From Tubiluchus corallicola (Eukaryota > Animalia > Priapulida): DNA of 29,453 bases. The position numbers were made by a program, and so were the translations under genes. The notes under the pieces were generated by a model. The model made no database searches and had not been told where the DNA came from. It saw nothing but the letters and a program-made list of their open reading frames with translations. Shown here one piece after another: positions 22,540 through 29,453 of this stretch. Where the stretch lies: the NCBI GenBank assembly GCA_030141605.1, contig JAQGDQ010001686.1, forward strand, positions 1 to 29,453. Reading direction: 5' to 3'. Positions within the stretch are counted from its first letter, which is position 1. The number at the start of each line of letters is the position of its first letter.

Positions 22540-22981
22540 AATGATTCCGTTACCTAAATCCACAGTGCAGAGCAATATCAAATGGAAGTACCCAGGGTAG
22601 TGTGAGTACAGAGAGAAGCCGCGCCACGTGTGAATGACAAATGTACGCAATGATTCCTTACCTAAATCCACAGTGTAGAGCAATATCAAATGGAAGTACC
22701 CAGGGTAGTGTGAGCACAGAGAGAAGCCTTGCCACGTGTGAATGACAAATGTACGCAATGATTCCTTACCTAAATCCACAGTGTAGAGCAATATCAAATG
22801 GAAGTACCCAGGGTAGTGTGACCACAGAGAGAAGCCGCGCCACGTGTGAATGACAAATGTACGCAATGATTCCTTACCTAAATCCACAGTGCAGAGCAAT
22901 ATCAAATGGAAGTACCCAGGGTAGTGTGAGCACAGAAAGAAGCCTTGCCACGTGTGAATGACAAATGTACGCGATGATTCC
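22540..22981 (-). repeat. 4 x 108-bp tandem repeat made of lipase exon sequence plus its 5' splice site
   Basis: TACCTAAATC at 22551, 22659, 22767 and 22875 gives an exact 108-nt period. Each unit translates to GIIAYICHSHVARLLSV(L/V)TLPWVLPFDIALHCGFR*. Confidence 0.97.
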
Positions 22982-23010
22982 CCTGTGTGAGTCAATGGCT
23001 TCTTGAAGTG
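22878..23010 (-). CDS. PNPLA2: PNPLA2/brummer-like exon (ALQEAIDSHRGIIAYICHSHVARLLSVLTLPWVLPFDIALHCGFR), hydrophobic putative lipid-droplet-binding segment
   Basis: Acceptor TTTACAG|, donor TAG|GTAAG, 133 nt, phase 1/2. Resembles the ATGL VRLATAMMVPYTLPLE hydrophobic stretch. Its 3' part is the first unit of the 108-bp array. Confidence 0.85.
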
Positions 23011-23864
23011 CTGTAAACAAAAATAAAGACTAAAATAAATATGGCCAATGGTCAACGACACATACAAAAACAAATAAAATAATGAATCAGCGTGCAGTAG
23101 TGGTCACCGGGGACAAGAAACGTCTAGTGCCCTACCCCTTTTTAAAGTTTTTAACATTTGTTTCATGGGTGAAACCACGAATTGTGCTCATTTTTTTGCG
23201 TTCTTGAACCTGATTTTCCGACACTTATAGGTAAAAATAAACAATTTTCTTTAATGATCACCCTGAGTTTGATATGCAATACTGCACCAAAGTAACTCTT
23301 TTCTATGCATTAGTTGCACGTAACGTGACAGTTGTTAAACATTCAGCTCCAGCATTAAAACATGCAAAGATTATGAAAGATACAGAACACTACAGGTTTT
23401 CATAATATAATCAGCATTTAGAGAAACGTCACTGTTTCTGACAAAATTATCAAACTGCTAAGCCACGCCCTACCCTACACACACCGTTAAGTAACAACAT
23501 TTGCCTTTTTTCTAGGCTGTATGTAGTAATTAAGTCAGCTATGATGATCTCTGACTAGGCAATTTTGTTGTAGTTTGAAAACTTTTGTTAATTGTTTCGT
23601 TAATGTCAGACTAGTAATTAATAATTAACAGTCACTGAACTGTAGAAGAATTTTGCACCCTCTCGCCCCCTGAGGTAATTGTCCCCTGTTGGCCCCACCT
23701 TGCTATGTATCTCATGTTATCTTTGTTATTCAATTTTTATAAATGAAAAACCAAACTCGGTAAATTCACATAAACATTCACATAGGCTATACGACTTTGT
23801 TAACTATTAATTAATTAACCAATTTAATCTATTCAATAGAAGACCACAAGGTACTTTGACTATA

Positions 23865-24060
23865 GTAAGTGAGTGAGTGAGTGAGTGTGTGAGTGTGTGA
23901 GTGAGTGAGTAAGTAAGTAAGTAAGTAATTTATTCATAATAACATGATCAAATACAAAGGTTGGTGATGATTTATACAAAAAAGCAAATTTATAACAACA
24001 TCATAATGGTTGGTAAGTGGGTGGCAAAGAACTGAAAACTTATCAGAGTCAGCCACCCAC
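23865..24060 (-). mobile_element. (GTGA)n/(GTAA)n microsatellite, probably the tail of a LINE 3'-end remnant
   Basis: Microsatellite at 23865-23927. On the reverse strand it is preceded by AATAAA, a T-rich tract and a 9-bp stem GTGGGTGGC...GCCACCCAC (24017-24060). Confidence 0.5.
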
Positions 24061-25191
24061 GTACAGCGCCAAAAAAACATTAGCAATGCAAAAAGCAAGA
24101 AAGTAGAATTCACATAAAACTTTGGATTTACTTTGAACTTGACTTGTAGGTGAACTTTGCATACAAGCAAAATGTATGACTCGGCAAAATGTACAAACAG
24201 TAAAAGTCATACAGCAGTCAATCAGCAATTAATACATACGTGTGACCACATGCCATCGTAAAGGGTTAAGCAAACATCAAACATTTCCCACTAGTAAGTG
24301 GAATGACATGATTTATTTGATCTTTCACTGTTCAAATACAAACCAGGTTATTTGCATACACCAAAATCCAATGTGACTGTGACTTACTCATCGTATATAT
24401 TAATTCTACTGCTATGGACTTAATATATATATATAAGATTTGAGGCTACAGCTCGGACGAGGGCACCATTTGCGGCGATCTATACATAAAACAAAAGGTC
24501 TCGATCTAGTGTCGTGCCATTGGGGGTTTATTTTTCGAATCGGGTCCACCGGGAGGAACGGGGGGCGAAAAACCTCCAAAAATGGCCATTTTTCGGCCGT
24601 TTTTTGCAAAACTTATACCTCTTATTTCTGGAGAACTGGAATGGGCCGGTGCTGGCTATGGATAGATAGCCCGTTCATAGGTGTATTTAGAATTTGTGAG
24701 AGGGCCACGATGTCCCGCAACGGGCGTTCTCCCGGACCCAACTCGCGCTTTTTTCGAAATTTTGACCAAATAACATGCGGAAAAAACGCTCTAGCGGCGC
24801 CTGGTGGGACTCTCGGAAGGACATATAGGGCTCTTTAGAAAGACCAAGAACAGGGCTACACGATGATGTGAGCTGCATTTTAGGACATGTCCACCAAAAA
24901 AAGTACCGACGAGTTAATTAGATGTTCTATTTTCGGCAATTTTCACTTAGAAAACTGCTGATGCAAAGCCATTGTTCTGACGTCATCCATTGTACTTTGT
25001 CTATAACGTTATAACTTTAATTCCATAAAAGCTGCTACTGGCTTTGCAGTGTAAATACAGTGAATTGCCACAGTGTTGTAGAATAGATGAGAGCACCTGT
25101 TACGTATGAATAACCATCCAAATGAAACTTGCACTTGTAAAATAACAGAGGTACAAAACTCACACACCAAGAGCAAATAATTTTCACTAAC

Positions 25192-25416
25192 CTGAAGACA
25201 CTGGTTTTGGCAAATTTTTTTCTTTGACTAGTTTGTGGCGTAATTTCGTACAATCCTCGCAAGTATCGAGCGGGTGCTGCGGGTACGTGTACTCGTGCTC
25301 TTCACCGGTGGGGGAGCCACCAGCTGATTCTGTGTCACTTGTTTCAGTATCGCTAGTTTCCTCCATCATTGGGATTATTGTACGCAATGTTAAACAGCGA
25401 GTGCAATCTATCATGT
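25192..25416 (-). CDS. PNPLA2: PNPLA2/brummer-like exon (NMIDCTRCLTLRT...CEDC...LPKPVSS)
   Basis: Acceptor TTTTAG|, donor CAG|GTTAGT, 225 nt, phase 1/1, compatible with both neighbours. The CxRC and CxxC pairs resemble invertebrate brummer. Confidence 0.87.
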
Positions 25417-25836
25417 CTAAAATAATGTAAAAGCCCAGTTCAGTAAGTTCAGTTGTTTTACCTGGACTTTACTTAATTATGCATTAGTCTGTGAGGGATC
25501 TTGCTTGGAAACAAGAAAAAATGAACTAGGTAAGGTTCTGTAGGTAGTATTCGTGCCTTTTCTTAATTACTATTACAATATCATGGGCTGCGAGGCGTTG
25601 TCAAGTGTACACAAATGCGTTGTCAGGTACACTTAACCTTTGTCCTTCTCACGATCATCATCAATCACTGGAAATGTGAAAAGGCTTAATAGCAAGCATA
25701 GAGTGGTATTTAGCCACAACAATTGATCATTTGGCTTCTGTGAATAACCACCGCGATTCATGGCTAGTTCGACATTCGAAATTTTTAACTCGTTCGTTCC
25801 ACTGTGAAACGTGAATGTTCAATTTCGTTGATGAGC

Positions 25837-26313
25837 TTAAAGTAAAGCTGGACCCAATCTCAAAACAATCTACTTTTAAAATATTGAAAGGAAACATGCT
25901 ATTTTTTCAAAAATGACTTACGTGAAAGAATTATTACCACACAAACACAATTTCACGTTCGCGCCACTAGTTCTTCGCTGTTACGTGCATTTCGCCATTC
26001 GCTAGTTAGACGGGCACTAGCGCCTGCATTTCGGAAACGCATTGCACAAAAAACAGGTGCTGCACCTCTCAGTTCAGATGTGTTAGTTTGTGACGAACTA
26101 CACACGTTCGACAGCTCATGCGTGAGCACAGAGGTAAATTTGAAATTTGAATTTTTATCTTAAAACATGCCTAGTTTTAGTACAACACACTGAATATCTT
26201 ACAGTAGCACTGTACTTCAATTTTCGCTTTTGCAAACACGTGCAACACGCTCGTGGAATATTTTTGCTCTTGAAAATTATGTTAGTTTGTGATGTCATCA
26301 ATAAGTTGGCCTC
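25837..26313 (+). mobile_element. Dispersed repeat copy B (same family as 9728-10215); probably extends further right
   Basis: Colinear match to copy A, including the shared pseudo-ORF CLVL.QHT..LT.ALYFNF.F.KHVQHARGIFLLLKIMLVCDVIN. Confidence 0.7.
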
Positions 26314-27091
26314 CCCATGCGATGTATGTAATGATGGGAATCAATTATCGTTTCATCGACGAAAAATCGACTTTTGTAAAGTTGTATTATATGTCCTATA
26401 CTCAAAGTTTGTACTTTATAATTTGTGTGCTTGCACATTAAAACCGTCCATAAGTCGGCATAGTTAAAACTACATTATGATGCTTCAAAAATTTGGTCAA
26501 ATGTCGATTTTTTTATTTTTTACGAAAACAAATGCTAAATACATTGGACTTTTATATTCTAGCATCAAATTATCAGGAAAATGTCCAAAAAATACTATAT
26601 AACTCCTTACCCACTTTTCTGTCTTGAAACTAGTACTGCAATTGTAAAAAACTTGTATATTCAAACTCCGATTGTAGCTCGTGGAAGCGGCCATTTTGCT
26701 TCGGGTTTTTTCTATTGACAAGGCCAGATCTTCATCAGGAAGAGCCATCTACTGGATTCAAATGTAACTTCAATGTGTTCTTGTAAAGTTCAAAGCAACC
26801 AACATTTGTGTGGTTGCTAAGTGTTTTGTAGAAACGCGAGAAAAACAATGGCTGACTTTAACACTGATTTTCGCGAGATTATGTTTTTCAGTGTGCAGCC
26901 TGCACCTCAACTTCAACGTGGATTATCTCAGCTTAGAAATAACATAAAGTGGTGAACTTGGTATCAAAATGATCCTCATGAAATGGAGATTCAGGATACG
27001 TGAATAACTAGTAAAGCTTAATTACCGACTTATGAACGATTTTGCTAGGCAAGCACACATATATCACCTGACGGTAAAAAAAATGACTCAC

Positions 27092-27231
27092 TATTTCGTT
27101 GTAGAAATCTCAGCGCATCCTCAAATCCTTGCTTACACCAGGCACTAAGCACCTCCGGATGAGGAGGAAAGAAAGCACGAGTGAGGCGATACAAGTTCTC
27201 AGTAGTCATCTGGACACTGGTCCTCGACAAA
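27092..27231 (-). CDS. PNPLA2: PNPLA2/brummer-like exon (LSRTSVQMTTENLYRLTRAFFPPHPEVLSAWCKQGFEDALRFLQRN)
   Basis: Matches the ATGL NLYRLSKALFPP...CKQGYRDGLRFLQRN. Acceptor TTTTACCAG|, donor A|GTGAGT, 140 nt, phase 2/1. Confidence 0.93.
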
Positions 27232-27636
27232 CTGGTAAAAGAACATACTGTACATTAACAACACAATAAACTGACCTATAGGTGTATAAGTGCAAAGCTA
27301 GCAATGAGTCTCTTTTATTCGAGTGAAATATAAAAGCTGAAACACAAATATTTAAAATGATGTTAATTTAACTCTTAATGACAAATGACTAATTGTTGAG
27401 CGGTATCACACATGCTCACTACACATGCTTTTTTACAAATGCATTTAGTTTAAGCAGTATTTTTATTTGACAATAAACATTGCAATCATAAATACATTTA
27501 CTATAAGTACAATGATAAATCAATATAAATGGTTAACGTTTATAACGTATATAAAAGTCTTTCAGTGAGTAGGTGAGTTTATAAGTTTCATCGGCACACG
27601 ATCACAAGAACTGTTAGTTATTCATTAGGTAAGAAC

Positions 27637-27951
27637 TAGGGTTACCATACAACCGGGTTTCCCCGGACACGTCCTCTTTTTGGGCCTCTGTCCGGGCGGG
27701 TTTTCAAAAAATCGGCAGTTTGTCCTCAATACGTAAGGGTCACATGACTCACACCGCTGTCGATACTCGGCGTATTCGCTAACGACTTAAAATGACGTCA
27801 GCTTCCTGGAGCCATTTTGTTTGTTTTTATGTGAATTTCTTTAAATTTGTATTTGCATTCTTTAAATAGACCGTAGACTGGTCATTTTTGCCTCCTTGCA
27901 AGTGTGCGAAAAAGTGCCCTCTTTTTCAACTCAGGCAATATGGTAACCCTA
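27637..27951. mobile_element. hAT MITE (315 bp) with perfect 8-bp target-site duplication
   Basis: GTAAGAAC|TAGGGTTACCATA ... TATGGTAACCCTA|GTAAGAAC. A 13-bp perfect TIR with an 8-bp TSD is typical of hAT, and the terminus resembles the Blackjack group. Confidence 0.95.
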
Positions 27952-28235
27952 GTAAGAACGAGATTGAGAAAGTTGTGTAACTTGTTTTTCTGAATAGCGG
28001 GTGTGCGAAAGGGTGGGACGTGTTGGTTATGATGCGTTTGACGTTGATGTAAAACTACAAGAATAGAATAAACGATGATGAAGCTAACGAAAGAAAGATG
28101 AGAGAAATTCTTACAAATGCTTACTGATTTTTTATCAACATTTTACAAAAGCATAAGTAAACACCTGTTCAATCATGACGTTAGTCAATAAGTTTTCATA
28201 TTAAAATACTACAAGTAAACATAACAGGCAAACAT

Positions 28236-28570
28236 TATAATAATAATAATCATAATAATAATAATAATAATAAAATAATAATAATAATAATAATAATAAT
28301 AATCTTTATTTAAAGTCGACTTTTGGGTCAACAATTAACATTAGCTCAAACAGCTATCACCGCCGACTGTAAATAACAACCTACAACTGCATAACAGAGA
28401 CTATTATTACCCCACTTTTACCCTAAATACCACGCGTCAGGCAGGGCAACAGCAGGTACCATTTTTAATGTCTTTGGTATGACCCGGCCGCTGGTTCGAA
28501 CTCACGGTTCGAACTCACGACCTCCCAGACGGAAAACAGACGCATTACGACTAGACTAAACCGTCTGGTC
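28236..28570 (-). mobile_element. tRNA-derived SINE, probably Meta/MESC-domain type, with (ATT)n tail
   Basis: Reverse strand: A-box-like TAGTCTAGTCG, B-box GAGTTCGAACC (twice), then CCGGGTCATACCAAAGAC..TAAAAATGGTACC resembling the recalled Meta central domain, AATAAA and a ~65-nt (ATT)n tail. Confidence 0.8.
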
Positions 28571-28687
28571 AGATATATCTCTTCTAGCACGAGATATGAC
28601 GAATTAGCTTATTTATAAACCTTTCCCTTCAACCTGCTGCACTTCTCTTTCTAAATGAATTATCATAAAAAGAGACAACATGTAAAC

Positions 28688-28881
28688 CTTAGATGCAGAT
28701 AATTGCTTGAATAATCATCGGGACTAATGTCCGACTCTCCGGCGAGCGGACAGACGGTTATTGTGTGTTCATCAAGAACCGGGATGTTGTTTGTTAATCC
28801 ACCGTCGATGTAGCGCTCCCCTCGATACTTTGGCGGAATGAAACCACTCCATATTGGTACGAATGAGCTACATAATAAGGC
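28688..28881 (-). CDS. PNPLA2: PNPLA2/ATGL (brummer-like) lipase, patatin-domain exon with catalytic DGG motif (ALLCSSFVPIWSGFIPPKYRGERYIDGGLTNNIPVLDEHTITVCPLAGESDISPDD...)
   Basis: Manual translation of the reverse strand matches the ATGL RYVDGG...TITVSPFSGESDICP. Acceptor CTATAG|, donor AG|GTTTAC, 194 nt, phase 0/2. Upstream exons carrying GXSXG were not seen in the window. Confidence 0.93.
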
Positions 28882-29100
28882 CTATAGAAAAACAACAATA
28901 ACATTAATGCACGAGGACACTAAAACAAAGGTTGTAACTAAGAACGACCATGGTTTTTGTAGAATATACCTAGTTAGTTATGAGAACGTTAAGAAAAAAA
29001 TTAATATGTCATCTAACATTTTGACAAAGTAAAGCCAAAGTAAATTTACTTGATCTGCAAATATTTAGAACCAAATTTAACATCCAGTAAAAATTAGTAA

Positions 29101-29453
29101 CAGAACACTATTATTAGATCAGCTATGACATACACAGAACACTATTATTAGATCAGCTATGACATACACAGAACACTATTATTAGATCAGCTATGACATA
29201 CACAGAACACTATTATTGGATCAGCTATGACATACAGGGAACACTATTATTAGATCAGCTATGACATACACAGAACACTATTATTAGATCAGCTATGACA
29301 TACACAGAACACTATTATTAGATCAGCTATGACATACACAGAACACTATTATGAGATCACCTATGACATACACAGAACACTATTATGAGATCAGCTATGA
29401 CATACACAGAACACTATTATTGGATCAGCAATGACATATGCAGAACACTATTA
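29101..29453. repeat. 34-bp minisatellite, >=10 copies, runs off the window (CAGAACACTATTATTAGATCAGCTATGACATACA)
   Basis: Directly visible contiguous units in a lipase intron. Confidence 0.96.

Noticed and set aside
22435-23073. 212-aa ORF with GKESLRTFVIHTW repeats
   Set aside because: This is a shifted frame of the lipase exon array. Unit differences are mostly non-synonymous in this frame (Q/R, F/S, C/W/Y, C/Y) but synonymous in the lipase frame.
23088-23712. Possible old hAT-like MITE with GC-rich ends
   Set aside because: The ends are too degenerate to pair as TIRs and no TSD is visible.
28490-28570. tRNA gene
   Set aside because: A and B boxes are present, but the B box is duplicated, no clean cloverleaf is evident, and it continues into a SINE body and tail.
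29101-29453. CRISPR array (34-bp repeats)
   Set aside because: Head-to-tail minisatellite without spacers.

Overview
This is AT-rich animal (invertebrate-like) nuclear DNA, not prokaryotic: it has GT-AG introns, LINE/SINE/MITE debris and many minisatellites. Three protein-coding genes can be read from the sequence. (1) An intronless MEI4-like meiotic double-strand-break factor (+, ~3350-4444). (2) A complete 4-coding-exon FGFR1OP2/SIKE-family gene (+, 9091-13489, ~273 aa). (3) The last seven coding exons of a convergent PNPLA2/ATGL (brummer-like) lipase (-, 28881-18406), whose 5' part lies beyond the window. The rest holds at least seven tandem arrays (18, 21, 25, 34, 35, 108 and ~119 bp units), several non-autonomous DNA transposons, two degraded LINE ORF2 fragments and a tRNA-derived SINE. 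No CRISPR array is present, and most long ORFs in the track are repeat artefacts. The most unusual signal is a 4x108-bp duplication of the 3' part of a lipase exon together with its splice donor. Six of the seven differences between copies are synonymous in the lipase frame, although three copies are nominally intronic, and each junction offers an in-frame AG. All family assignments come from recalled motifs; no database search was run.
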